Positions 45,431 through 58,410 are shown, counted from the stretch's first letter. The stretch is DNA of 64,000 bases from the human T2T-CHM13v2.0 reference genome, Homo sapiens (GCF_009914755.1 NC_060930.1), one strand, 5' to 3'. Translations and numbers: made by a program. The notes: generated by a model not told the origin, from the letters alone.

Positions 45431-48016
45431 ATGCCAATAGGCATCTAGTTATCTTCTTTGTTTTTTGTTTGTTTGTTTGTTTGTTTTTGTCTATTTGCCT
45501 ATCTATATACCTGGAATAATGCCTAAAAGTCTGTTTTGTTTTGGCTTAATGGTGGGGTAGAGGGAGGTTTGGAAATTTGTAGCTTTTTCCTGAATTGCTT
45601 AAATTCTTTATAATGAGGAAATATTATTTATTAGAAACAAAGTGAGTTTTAGAAAATCTAAATACTATTTTAACAGCTGTTCAACACCCTAAATTATGAA
45701 TATTCTAAAAACCATTTAACCATTTCTTTATTTGGGGATATTTAGATTGTTTCCAGTTTTTTATAAGATAAGAACAACTGTTCATTTCTTTGTATAAACC
45801 TTTGTTAGAGAAAACAGGAAATTTTGAATTTTTAATATATAGTTCCAAGATGCTTAGCAAAATATACTACTGTATACTCCAAAGAAAAATATGTAGGATG
45901 CCCGTATCCTCATACCTTTATTTGCACTACATATTTGCATTTATAAAAGTCTCTGTTAACTTGCCAAATAACGGATAGTCAAGTGATCTTTCATTGGCAA
46001 ATATTTTCTCTATACAGAAGTCTGCATTTCAATCTATTTGTTCTCTTTAGTAAATCTATAATGTTTTTTAAGTTTTATTTTAGGTTCAGAGGTATGTGTG
46101 CAGGTTTGTTGTAAAGGTAAATTGCATGTTATGGGAGTTTGGTGTACAGATTATTTTGTAACCGAGGTAATAAGCATAATACTTAGTAGGTAGTTTTCCA
46201 ATTCTCACCCTTCTCACCCTTCTCCCATGCTCCACCCTCAAGTAGGCCTCAGTGTCTGCTGTTCCCTTCTTTGTGTCCATGTGTACTTGATGTTTAGCTC
46301 CTACTCCTAAGTGAGAACATGTGATATTTGGTTGTCTGCTTCTGTGTTAGTTCGCTTAGGATAATAGCCTCCAGCTGCATCAATGTTTCTGCAAAGGACA
46401 TGATCTTTTTCCTTTTTATGGCTGTGTAGTATTCCATGGAGTATATGTACCATGTTTTCTTCAACCAGGCTACTGTTCATGGGAATTTAGGTTGATTCCA
46501 CATACTCGCTATTTTGAATAGTGCTGTGATGAACATAGGCATGCATGTGTTGTTATGGTAGAATAATTTATATTCCTTTAGGTATATACCCAATAATAGG
46601 ATTGCTGGATTGGATGGTAATTCCGTTTTGAGTTAAGAAATCACCAAAATGCTTTCCTCAATGGCTGACCTAATTTACATTCCCACCAACAGTGTATAAG
46701 CATTCCCTTTTCTTTGCAACCTCACCAGAAACTGTAATTTTTTGACTTTTTGATAATAGCCATTCTGACTGGTGTGAGATGGTATCTCATTGTAGCTTTG
46801 ATTTATGTTTCTCAAACGATGAGTGATACTGAGATTTTTCTCATATGTTTGTTGGCTGCATGTGTCTTTTCTTTTGAAAACTATCTGTTCATGTCCTTTA
46901 CCCACTTTTTAATGGGGTTGTTTTTTGCTTGTTGATTTGTTAAAGTTCCTCATAGGTTCTGGATATTAGACCTTTGTTGGAAGCATAGTTTGCGAATATT
47001 TCCTCCCATTCTGTAGGTTGTCTGTTCACTCTGTTGATGGTTTCTTTTGCTGTGTGGAAGCTCTTTAGCTAGGTTGGGGAAGTTTTCATGAATGATATCC
47101 TCAAATATATTTTCCAAGTTGTTTGCTTTCTCTCCCTTTCTTTCAAGAACACCAGTGAGTCATAGATTTGGTATCTTTATGTAATCTCATATTTCTCTTA
47201 TTTGTCTTTATTTATTTTTAATCCTAATGAGTTGTTTCAAAGAACCAGTCTTCCAGCTCTGAGATTCTTTCCTCAGCTTGGTCGATTCTGCTGTTAATAC
47301 TTGCAATTGTACTCTGAAATTCTTGAAGTGAGTTTTTTATAGTTCAGTCAGATACATTTTGTTCTTTCCTAAAATGGCCATTTTTTTCTTTTATCTCTTA
47401 AATCATTTTTATTGTATTTCTTAAATTCCTTGGATAGGGTTTCAACTTTCTCCTGGATTTCAGTGGTCTTTGTTCCTATCCATATTCTCAATTCTATTTC
47501 TGTCATTTCAGCCATTTTGGTCTGGTTAAAAATCATTGCTGGTTAACTAGTACAGTTATTTGGAGGTAAGAAGACACTGGCTTTTTGAGTTGCCAGAGTT
47601 CTTGTGCTAGCTCTTTCTCATCTGTGTGAGGTGATATTCCTCCTATCTTTGAAGTTGTTCTCCTCTGAATGGATTGACTTTTTTTTTTCTTTATCATCTT
47701 TGATTATCTTGGGGGTTTGATTGTGGTATAAGGTAGGTTCAGTTGACTGGGTTCATTTCTGGAAGATTTTAGGGCTCCAGGGCACAGCTCAGCACTCCTG
47801 ATGTGTGTGCTCTAACTCTGGGGAGCTGGTACTGAGCCCCTGGCTTTGTTCTCTAGCTCCTGGAGGTTAGGAACCTACTGCACTGAAGGGGCTTAGGTGC
47901 TGCCATTTTGCTGGCCAAAGGACTTCTTTGGGGTGGTGGCAGCAGGATCCATGTTTGCTGATGTATGCCAGCAGCTGTGGCAGCAAAGCGGGGTGCATGC
48001 ACATTGGCTGGGGTGG

Positions 48017-48397
48017 TGATATGGCTTGGATTTTGTGACCCCACCCAAATCTCATGTTCAATTGTAATCCCCAGTGTTGGAGGAGGGGCCTGGTGGAAGG
48101 TGATTGGATCCTGGAGGCCAACTTCCCTTGCTATTCTTGTGAGAGTGAATGAGTTCTCATAAGATGGGTTTGTTTAGAAATGTGTAGCACCTCCCTTCTC
48201 TCTCTTCCTCCTTCTCCAGCCATGTAAGACATGACTCCTTCCCCTTTGCCTTCCTCTATGATTATAAGTCTCCTGAGACCTTTCCAGCCATGCTTCCTGT
48301 GCAGCCTGCAGAACTGTGAGTCAATTAAACTTCTTTTCTTTATAAATTACCCAGTCTCAGGTAGTTCTTTATAGCAATGTGAGAACAGACTGATACA
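48017..48397 (+). mobile_element. Solo MSTA-like MaLR LTR
   Basis: TGATATGG...GATACA termini; 5-bp TSD GGTGG at 48012-48016 and 48398-48402. Confidence 0.92.
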
Positions 48398-49469
48398 GGT
48401 GGGGTACTGGTGGAAATGGGGCTGCAGCTTTCCTGCATGTGCGGATGCTGTCAGTGGAGCACAGGTGGGGGCATGGTTCTCAGTGTCCATGCTTGCAGTT
48501 GCCCTGGCAGTGGTGGGGTGCTGCCCCACATCTGCCAGCTCTGTGTGTGCATTCACACTGCTGGGGGAGGGGGGTGGTGGAGTTGCCAGCATTCATGTGT
48601 TTGCACCATTAGTGGTGGCAGTGCTGGGGGAGCAGGGCCACTGGTATCCACGCACATGACTGCAGTGGTGGCATGGAGGTTGGGAGGAATTTCTGGTGTC
48701 CATGCACACATTCATGCTGGTGGTAGTGTTGGCACAGGTGTGGGGGCATAGCTGCTGGCATCTGTGTGCACATTTGCACCGGTGGTGAGGTGGAGCTGCT
48801 GGTGTGCATGAACTCGTTAGTGCCAGTGGCGTGACTGTGCGTGTGTTTGTGTGTATCACCATTGTCAATGCACGTGTTTATGGTAGCAATGGCAGTATGG
48901 CTGAATAGCAACGTTTTGGGGGTTGGGAGGACAGTGAATTGTGGTCACGCTGGCAGCAGTGTTGGGTTGTGTACATTCATATACACCAGCAAGGGAGGGA
49001 ATGCTAGGCTCATCTGTGTGCACACACCAGCAAAGCCATGGCAGGGAGAGGGGGTTATGGGTGAGTGCGTGCCAGCTAAGCAGTATAAGAGTCTGCACTG
49101 GGGGTGGGGTTGGGCACACTGTGCGGGGGAGGATGGGGAGGGGGTGCTGCTCTGCTGGAGCTCTCTAATGGTCAGGCGCCACCTGCTGGTGAAAGAGCTA
49201 TCATGAGGGTCTCCAGGAAGCACCCTAGTTAGGCGTCATTTGCCAGCGGGTGTGGCCTGGCTGGGGCCTTGGGAGAGGCCAGAAGCCAGGAGGACACTCA
49301 GATGAAATTGGTTCTATTACATGGGCAAGACCGCCCTGCTCTGTCCAGGTCCAACAGTCTCCCTCTGGCCAAAGTCTCCTGGAGGAACATGGCAGGACTT
49401 GGGGGCTGGGCATACCTGGTCCACTCTAGTGCTCCACTGCAGACATTTCTGTACCAAACCGTCTGGGCT

Positions 49470-49503
49470 CTACAAAGGCTAGAGTACTACAAAGGCTAGA
49501 GTA
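49470..49503. repeat. Perfect 17-bp tandem duplication, CTACAAAGGCTAGAGTA x2
   Basis: Read directly. Confidence 0.95.
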
Positions 49504-50315
49504 CCACCTCTCAAAGCAGCTCTTCATGCCAGCTCAAGTGTCTGTGGGAAGTCCATGGTAGAGCAGGCTACTCCTCATATTGTCCAGTTCCTTTTTTCTT
49601 AAGTCTTACAAACTCTATTCATTTCCAGTTACTTAGGGTAGCACCTTTTCTCCCACTCCTTTCAGTGAGGCTGTTTCATACACTTGTAACACAGTTGCAT
49701 TCTGTTGTCAGTCTTCATTCATTCCTGGGATCCCATGATCTCCTAAATGATATTTTTGTTTTCATTTGCCTGTATTAAGTTTCAATCTTTGTGTTGTAAA
49801 GTTCTATAACATTTTTGACATATGGACAATGCCAAATACCCACCATCACAGTGTCCTGAAAGATAGTTTTACTGTCCTGAAAATTGTCTGTATTCTACCT
49901 ATTCTGTCTCTCTTACCTTTCCCCCAAAATGATGACAACCACAGATCTCTTTAATGCTTCCATAGTTTTGCCTTTTTCATAATGACATATAGTTAAGATT
50001 GACTTTTTTCACTTAAAAATATGTATTTAATGTTACCCATGTCATGGCTTGATAGTTTATTTCTTTTTAAGTCATTGAATAAATTTCTATTGTTTGGATG
50101 TAGCACAGTTATTTACCTACTTGCCTACTGGGGTACATCTTGGTTGCTTCCAAATTTGAACAATTATGAATAAAACTGCCATAAACAGTTATGTGCAAAC
50201 TTTATGTGGACAGCTTTCAGCTCATTTAGGCAAATACCAAGGAGCTCAATTGTTGAATCTTATGGGAAGACAATGTTTAGTTTTATAAGACTGCCAAACT
50301 ATTTTCCAAAGTAGC

Positions 50316-50779
50316 TGTCAGGCCTCTGAGCCCAAGCTAAGCCATCATATCCCCTGTGACCTGCACATATACATCCAGATGGCCTGAAGCAACTGAAGAT
50401 CCACAAAAGAAGTGAAAATAGCCTTAATTGATGACATTCCACCATTGTGATTTGTTTCTGCCCCACCCTAGCTGATCAATGTACTTTGTAATCTCCCCCA
50501 CCCTTAAGAAGGTTCTTTGTAATCTCCCCCACCCTTAAGAAGGTTGTTTGTAATTCTCCCCACCCTTGAGAATGTACTTTGTGAGATCCACCCCCTGCCT
50601 GCAAAACATTAGTCCTAACTCCACCTCCTATCCCAAAACCTATAAGAACTAATGATAATCCCACCACACTTTGCTGACTCTGTTTTGGGACTCAGCCCGC
50701 CTGCACCCAGATGAAATAAACAGCCTTGTTGCTCACACAAAGCCTGTTTGGTGGTCTCTTTACACAGACACGAGTGACA
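50316..50779 (+). mobile_element. Solo LTR7 (HERV-H LTR, type I repeat structure)
   Basis: TGTCAGGCCTCTGAGCCCAAGCTAAG...GTGACA; three ~31-bp repeats at 50484-50576; TATA-like tataag at 50641; AATAAA at 50715; 5-bp TSD GTAGC at 50311-50315 and 50780-50784. Confidence 0.95.
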
Positions 50780-51874
50780 GTAGCTGTATAATTTTTCATC
50801 CCCACCAGCAATGAATGAGAGTTCCTATTGCTCCACATCCTTGTCAGCATTTGGTATTGTTAGTTTTTTGCACTTAACATTCTTATGGTTATGTACTGGT
50901 ATCTTCTTGTTGCTTTAATTTGCAAATCCCTGATGATATATAATGTTGAGCATCTTTCATATGCTTATTTTCATCTGTATATCTTTTTTGATAAGATGTC
51001 TGTTCAGATCTTTGAGTTGTTAATTTTCTTATTATTCACTTTTAAGTGTTCTTTGTATATTCTGGATACAAGTTTTTTGTGAGGTATTCTACATACATTT
51101 TCTCATATTCTGTGGCTTGCCATTTCATTTTCTTAACAGTGTCTTTCACAGAGAAGTTTTTAATTTTGATAAAGCCAAACATCAATTTTTCTCTTATGCA
51201 TGTTTTTTGTTTTATTTAAAAGCTCATCACTGAATCCAAAGTAACCTATATTTTCTGTGTCATATTCTAGAAATGTTATAGTTTTGTATTATATAAATAG
51301 TTCTATAATCTATTTTAAGGCATTTTTGTAAAAAGTGTAGGGTCTATGTCTAAATTCTGTTGCCATTGCATATGGCTGTCCAATTGTTCCAGTGCCATTT
51401 ATTGAAAATATTATCTTTTCTTCATTGATTTGCTTTTGTTCTTCTGTCAAAGATAAGTTAACTATATTTGAAGATATTTCTTATGGAGAACATTCTAGGT
51501 GCATTTTAAATGATTACTTTTCTCATTCCCTGTGCTAGACGTGAGGGAATTTTTCATGAGTCTTCAATCCTTGAGAACCTGATGGGATTCTTAGAGGTAA
51601 AAGTGTTGTGGTCCTCCTAAGGTGAGGTGCCCAAGGAATTTCTTACCTTTAGGCTAATCCAGACTCAGCCTCTAGCAATTCATTAACATTTAAGTGTTTC
51701 TACCAGTTTATGGCTGCAGTGGCTTTTGCCCAAGGTTAGCTTATCTGGAATGTGATACCTCATATTCACCTGTCTGTAGATTTTATAGGGTGGCAGTTTA
51801 CCCTGGGATCTCAATTATATATAAATTAAAGAAATGTCCATGATTTTAAGTTTGTTCAGCTCTTTTCTCGTAAG

Positions 51875-52249
51875 TGTCACACACGTCTGTGCAGAGAGAG
51901 TCCACCAACAGGCTTTGTGTGAGCAACAAGGCTGTTTATTTCACTTGGGTGCAAGTGGGCTGAGTCTGAAAAGAGAGTCAGCAAAGGGAAATAGGGGTGG
52001 GTCAGTTTTATAGGATTTGGATAGGTAGTGGAAAAATCACAGTTAAAGGGGGTTATTCTCTGGCTGGGGCGGGAGTCACAAGGTGCTCAGTGGGGGAGCT
52101 TCTGAGACTCATTGTGCAGGAGAAGGAATTTCACAAGGTAATGTCATCAGTTAAGGCAGGAACCGGCCATTTTCACTTCTTTTGTGGTTCTTCTGTTGCC
52201 TCAGGCCATCTGGATGTATACATGCAGGCTTGGGCTCAGAGGCCTGACA
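51875..52249 (-). mobile_element. Solo LTR7C-like HERV-H LTR
   Basis: Minus strand TGTCAGGCCTCTGAGCCCAAGCCTGCA...GTGACA; TATAAAA at 52012-52006; AATAAA at 51940-51935; TSD gtaag/gtgag at 51870-51874 and 52250-52254. Confidence 0.9.
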
Positions 52250-52986
52250 GTGAGGATAAGAGTGATGATTTCCAAGCTGCTTAGGTAAAGGAGCTGAAAA
52301 AAAGAAGTCTCCAAATCTTGTTTTTAATAAATCAACATTCATGGCCTTAACTACCATGTTATACTTCTCTCTATTCCCTCCATTGGTCTTTGTGCTCTGT
52401 TGATTAAATTGTTACAGTGTTCAAATGTATAGCAGTACCTAATATGATTATCCCCTCCTCATGTCTTCTCTAGCGATGCTTTTTCTAATCTACTTGAAAC
52501 TTTATTTTTCAGAAAGGCTTTAAGTCATTTTTTTCAAAGCCCTAAAGTTAAATATATTTAAGTTTTATTTGGAATAACATTTAAACCTGTAAATTTAATA
52601 CAGATGAATTGATATCTTTATAATATTCACTCTCCTCTTACAGTAATATATGACTCGTCATTTATTATGGCTTCATTCTTGATAACTCTTACAAATTTTA
52701 TAGCTTTTCTTTTTTATAAAGTTCTTATATGCTATCATGTTGAATTTATTAATTGTGTTACATATTCAAAAGTTCTATTCTCTTGTATAATTTCAGGTAC
52801 TTAGGTTGATGAAGTTTGAAAGTGGTATATTAAATTCCCTCATTAAAGCTTTGAAATCCTCTAGTTAAGATTCTGAATTTCTTACTATATTTTTAAACTT
52901 CTGTGTAGGTTTTTAATAAAATCAACTAGTTACTCTGTCATGAGATTAGAGTTTAAAAAAATCAACTAGCTCTTTTAAAAATTTAA

Positions 52987-53300
<314 letters not shown>

Positions 53301-53699
53301 TATTTATTATTTTTTATGAACTTCTATTATTATTTCATATAAATTTTTTCCCTATCATATTGAGACATTAACAGATACATTACAGAATAATTTTCCACTC
53401 ACTTTATGAGGTATACTTTTTCAAAAATTTTCAGAATAATATTACCTTTCTCTTATGATGAGTTTTCTCCTTTGTCTTAACTTTTTTGACTCATATATTT
53501 GCTCATCTAACAAAAAATATGCTGAGATTCAATTCTGCTTCAGTCTCTGGAATATGTGCTTAAGATATAAAGTACTTTGAGACTTTGCCCCAGCAGTCAT
53601 GAAACAGAGAGTATTATAGTGAAGACAGATAATGAAATAAATAATTACAATCTGATAAACACTGTCATTGAGGTAGATCACAAATTGGCTGTTAAATCT

Positions 53700-53862
53700 T
53701 AATTGATATCTCTAAACCTCTACTTCCTTGTGTGTTAAAATAGGATAAGAATAACACCTATCTTCTAGGAATATTGTGAGAAAAAAATGAGGTCAAGCGT
53801 TTAAATGGACAATTAGGTTGGCTGGTACAGAGCAGTTGTTTAAAAACTGTTAGCTATTATTT
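53700..53862 (+). mobile_element. MIR
   Basis: aaaataggataagaataacacctatcttctaggaatattgtgag...gttagctattatt. Confidence 0.7.
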
Positions 53863-53884
53863 TTGCCATGAACAGCTCACCATG

Positions 53885-54110
53885 AACTCCCTGTCTAAAA
53901 TTCTGCCATCACTCATTTTCTGTCCCAATGACCTGTATTATTTCTTTAAAGCACTTATTTCTATGTGACATTCTCTTATTTGTTTGTTTGCTGTTTCTTG
54001 TATACTTCCTCCCATAAGGATGTAACATTCAAACAGACAGACTATTTTTATTGTCACTGCTTGCTTTTGCCCAGTGTCTGGAAAAAAGATGTTCAACCAA
54101 GAATTAATAC
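53885..54110 (+). mobile_element. L2 3' fragment
   Basis: tttctttaaagcacttatt...ggatgtaacattc...cccagtgtctggaa. Confidence 0.55.
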
Positions 54111-54519
54111 ATAATATAGACGTTTATTTTTCCAATAGCTTTATTTTCTCAATTTATGGTAATTATAAAAAATATAGAAACTACAAAACTGTATTAAAAA
54201 TATAAAATATCCCTAGTCTCATCATCCAAATGCTGCTTTATGCATTTCAGTGAATTTTCTTCCCAAGTTTTTCTATGTAGATACCAATTAGGCCATATTG
54301 TATGTACAATCATGTATCCTGCTCTTTTTCTTTTAATTTCACAGTCTGTGCTTTTTTCTCGTATTTCGAAACTCTTTTTTTCCATGGCTACATAATACAA
54401 TATTACGTGCTCATTCAGCAAAACTCTAATTATTGCATATTAAGTACTGCAACATTTCCTACAGTAACCTAAAAGTATAAGAACAGCATTAAGTATTTTA
54501 TATCTATATATATATATTC

Positions 54520-54830
54520 ATCTATTAAATACTAATTAAATTTTTATTATATGTTGGGAATATAAGAGAAAATAAGTAAACAGTGTCCTTGCTGTGATGG
54601 AGCTTCCACTCTAGTGGAGAAGACACATGATTTATAACCAATCTCACAATTATTTCTATCATAATGATGAGGTTTTACAGAGGAGATGCATATGGTTTTA
54701 AGCATTCTTGTCAAATATAAATAAGGAAAATATCAGAGAAAATAAGAAGAAATGACATTTAAAGTGAGATCTGAATGTTGAGTAGGAATTAGCCAGGACA
54801 AGAGAGTGAAGAAAGGAAAAGGAATCAAAA
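54520..54830 (-). mobile_element. L2 fragment
   Basis: gtccttgctgtgatggagcttccactctagtggagaagaca...gacatttaaagtgagatctgaa...gtaggaattagccagg. Confidence 0.65.
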
Positions 54831-54980
54831 GAAGAAATACTCAAACCCCACAAAAAAAAATGAATGAAGGCCACGATGTGGAAATGAGCAGTGGATAAGG
54901 AAGAACAAACAGTACAGCATGGGGAGCAAAGGAAAATGAGTGTGTGACTTGTGTACCTGTGTTAATTTGATGCATTCTAC

Positions 54981-55034
54981 ATACCTGGATATAGCTGGAT
55001 ATACCTGGATATACCTACATACCAGGTATAGGTA
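54981..55034. repeat. 10-bp tandem repeat ATACCTGGAT, about 4 copies, followed by an inverted partial unit
   Basis: atacctggat atagctggat atacctggat atacctacat accaggtataggta. Confidence 0.85.
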
Positions 55035-56657
55035 CTGAGAAACAGGTAATAAGGTGGAGGCTATGGATTTACCAAATGTAGAGCTTGCATCGAGTTGTTT
55101 TGTTGGCAGTGATGATGAGCACTGATTTATCAAGTTAGTGGTAGAGCATGTATGCACAAGCCTGATCCCCACAATAAGTAGAACCAATTCATTGAGTATT
55201 AATCCATGGGTTTGGCCTAAGGGTTCTTAGGTTCTAATGGACTGAACAAACCTATCTCATTATGTCGATATTGATGATATTGATTGTCTTTCTTAAGAGC
55301 AGTTATTACTCAAAATGGCATCATCTCTTTGTCTATTTGTTTTCAGTGGATTTCAGGGAAATGTTACACATATACTCAAAGTTTTGTTTAAAGTTCTGAG
55401 AAAGATAGAATGTGAATTGCGTCCTCCCCAAAACTGCAGTGGTGCTAGTAAATGAAAATTGAATTTTATAGTATAACATTCTAATGAACATTTACCACTT
55501 AGCGAAATAAAGACCAGTAGGGAAAATACTGAGAGGAAAGAATCATGTAGCATTTGCATTTGATGCTTAACCATTGGCAAAGTCCTCTAGAAAATCTGAC
55601 CTAAAAAGAAACATTAATTAAATTCATCTTTCCATGTATGCCTTGTGGGAATTATCTACATCAAAGCCATATGAAAAAATAGCAGACTCCAATTATTCCA
55701 TGAATCTTATGCTTTTTAAAAAATACAAATATTGATTTGCAAGTAAGTTATAGCACTAGGTAGAATTTTCCTTTAATTATATGAGTTAGATAAAGATTTT
55801 CTAAATAAATCATTTATACATTCATCAAGCATTTATTAGGAATCTTGCATACAGAAAGCACTACACAGGTGCTACAAGAAGTATAAAGATGTATAAAACA
55901 CAGTCTTTATTTTCAAGGACTATACAACATCTGCAGTAGGATGTGTGATTATAGAAAAACGGTGACAGCTTTCAGTTTAATAAAATCCAAATTGAGCACA
56001 AGGCAAGATAAAAATAACACAGTTTGAGTGCTCATGAGTCTGGTACCAGAACCAATTTTAATCCACATTATTATATCATGTGATTTAAATAAGAGGCAAT
56101 TATTTGTACCCCAGAATACATGGCTTATCATGTCACCACAATGACTCACTCTACCTGACATGAAATCCCTCCAAGACTCCCTGATAAGTGAAACAATAAG
56201 AACAGGGGGTTGAGTCAATAAACCCAAGTTAGAACTTATTTATATAAGGTACATTTGGTTGAAAAGATGACATTTCACCTGCCTTTCATTTCAAGCTTCC
56301 TGATATCACTAATGTTAATATTGCTTAATATATTCAATTAGTTGGTTCGGCAAGTCTGTCTGCGGCATTATCTTAATCAAGAAGTAGAATTTTAAAGGCG
56401 CTGTGAAGAAGGCCTGTTATCCAGGATCTGATAACATTGTTATTTTATTATTATTATTTTTTACATCCTGAGAGAGGCAAGTAAAATTAAGCTTTTAACT
56501 AATCTTCCTCTTCAATTTTTATGCTTGGACTTGTAAAGACAATATGTAATACCTACACTACGAGATGTCATTATCCCTTTAGATGACTGGTGAAATTATA
56601 CATATACATATATTTGTAGCAATATACATGCAAATGCATATTTCTATGACACTTATA

Positions 56658-57200
56658 CGCTAGTCCCCTCTTACCCAAGGTTTTGCTTTCTGTGGTTTCA
56701 GTAACTCACAGTCAACTGTGGTCAGAAAATGGAAAATTCCAGAAATAAACAATTCATATGGTTTTAAATTGCACGTCGTTCTAAGGAGCATGACAGAAAT
56801 CTCATACTATCTGCTCCATCCCACCTGGGATTTGAACCATCCCTTTGTCCAGCATATCCACAAACGCTCTGCACCTGTTACTCACCTAGGAGCCATCTCA
56901 GTTACCAGGGGAGTGTCATGGAATCACATTGCTTCTGTTCTGGTAACCCTTATTTCACTTAATAATGGCCCCTAAGCACAAGAGTAGTGGTGCTGGCATA
57001 TTGTTAGACTTGTTCTATTTTATTATTAGTTATTGTTAAATTTATAAATTAAACTTTAAACCAAATTTATAAATTAAACTTTATCATAGGTAAGTATATA
57101 CAGGAAAAACATAGTATATACAGGGTTTGGTACTATCTATGATTTCAGGTATCCACTATGGGTCTAGAATGTGTCCCCAGTGAATAAGGGGGAACTACTA
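56658..57200 (+). mobile_element. MER44 (Tigger7-derived) DNA transposon
   Basis: Terminal inverted repeats tagtcccctctta and taagggggaactacta; internal ggaaaattccagaaataaacaattcata; preceded by TA. Confidence 0.85.
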
Positions 57201-58264
57201 CATATATACTATGCATCTCTATCATTGTGATACAATTATTTCTACTGTGCTATGAAATTTGTTATAAACTCTCACACACGTATATTTTTGATCAAAACAG
57301 TTTATACCATGACAGATGGTCTATCCACCATGATACATTTAATAACTTGAGACTTGCATTGGTACAGTAGATTATTTAATATTAAGTTCATTAGAGATAA
57401 CATCTCATCACTGTGGTCTCCCCAAGGACTTGGAACAGATTGATACTGAAACAAAGTAACACCTTATAGTCCAGAAGTCCATAATCGGATTGCCTGGACT
57501 CCGGGGATGTGGATAGGACAGCAGAATTTCACTTAATAGGCCACTCAAAAAGTTTTCATCATGAGTTCTACATTTATCTGGAGGAACTGAACTTAAACAG
57601 CAGGAAGGCAGCTTAAGAATATCTGCCTTTTGGCAAATTGTATAAAGGCCTTTTACCAGGAGATTTGGAGACAACAAGAGAGGCAACGAACAAGACGGTT
57701 ATATTTCTGAACTTAATTTGAATTATTATTATAGTAAAATAAAATTTATCAAATGAACACTAAATAGCATTGGGGTGAGAGAAAGAAGCAAAGCTTTCAT
57801 CAGTAAAATCTGGGACAGCTGCAGCCCCTCACAAGAGTATCCCCTGTGAATTGTAAGGCTTTTGTAACATGTGACCTTGTACTATTTATAAAAACGAGAG
57901 TATTCCTCTAAGAGCCAAGATCTAAGGAATAAAACACAATTGATGTTTCATAGAGTTTGGAGAGAGTATAATGAACCTCTGATGTTAGAAAATGATACCA
58001 ATTTTGACCTTTATAGCTCTGGAATGGAATCTGGCAATGGATGAGATGAAAGTTTTCCAAAAAATTAACCTCAGCCTTTCTTCCACATCAATATTATTCA
58101 TTAATTCTGGGAATTTGTCTTTGGATTGCATTTTTTTTCCTCCTCTTATTTATTGCACGCTAGAAGTCTCTGAGGTGGGTCATGATGACATAGTGAAAGA
58201 AAAAAAATAGCATCTACTCAATTAGCCCCTACTAGTTATTTGCACAGCACTGCACAAGCAGCAT

Positions 58265-58410
58265 CTCATTATTCTCCCAGTGCCCCTGTGAGCCGGGTGT
58301 TAAGCTAATAGAGGTGAGGAAACCGAGACATAGAGATGTAGGTAACTCATGGAGCTGGGATGTAATCTCCAGTTATCTGATTCCAAAGCTTGTGATATTT
58401 GTCACTGCAC
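58265..58410 (-). mobile_element. MIR
   Basis: agaggtgaggaaaccgagacatagagatgtaggtaact...gagctgggat...tctgattccaaagc. Confidence 0.7.

Larger units (their letters stand above)
46065..49575 (-). mobile_element. L1PA16-like element with a large internal deletion (late ORF2 joined to ORF1) and a nested MSTA
   Basis: 3' UTR and late ORF2 at 46065-47068 abut ORF1 (ctaggttggggaagttttc) and a GC-rich 5' UTR. Confidence 0.85.
49580..52312 (-). mobile_element. Old L1MC/L1MD-type element (3' UTR and ORF2 end to about 51470; 5'-end-like segment about 51530-52312), host of two HERV-H LTRs
   Basis: catcttggttgcttccaa, cccaccagcaatgaatgagagttcct; 5'-end motif gagtgatgatttccaagct...gaagtc. Confidence 0.7.

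Noticed and set aside
47050-47090. Spliced L1 retrocopy (SpIRE) as the explanation for the deletion
   Set aside because: There is no GT/AG at the sense-strand breakpoints; microhomology explains the junction better.
50316-52249. One rearranged or deleted HERV-H provirus
   Set aside because: The LTRs are inverted, structurally different, have separate TSDs, and the spacer is L1M rather than HERV-H internal sequence.
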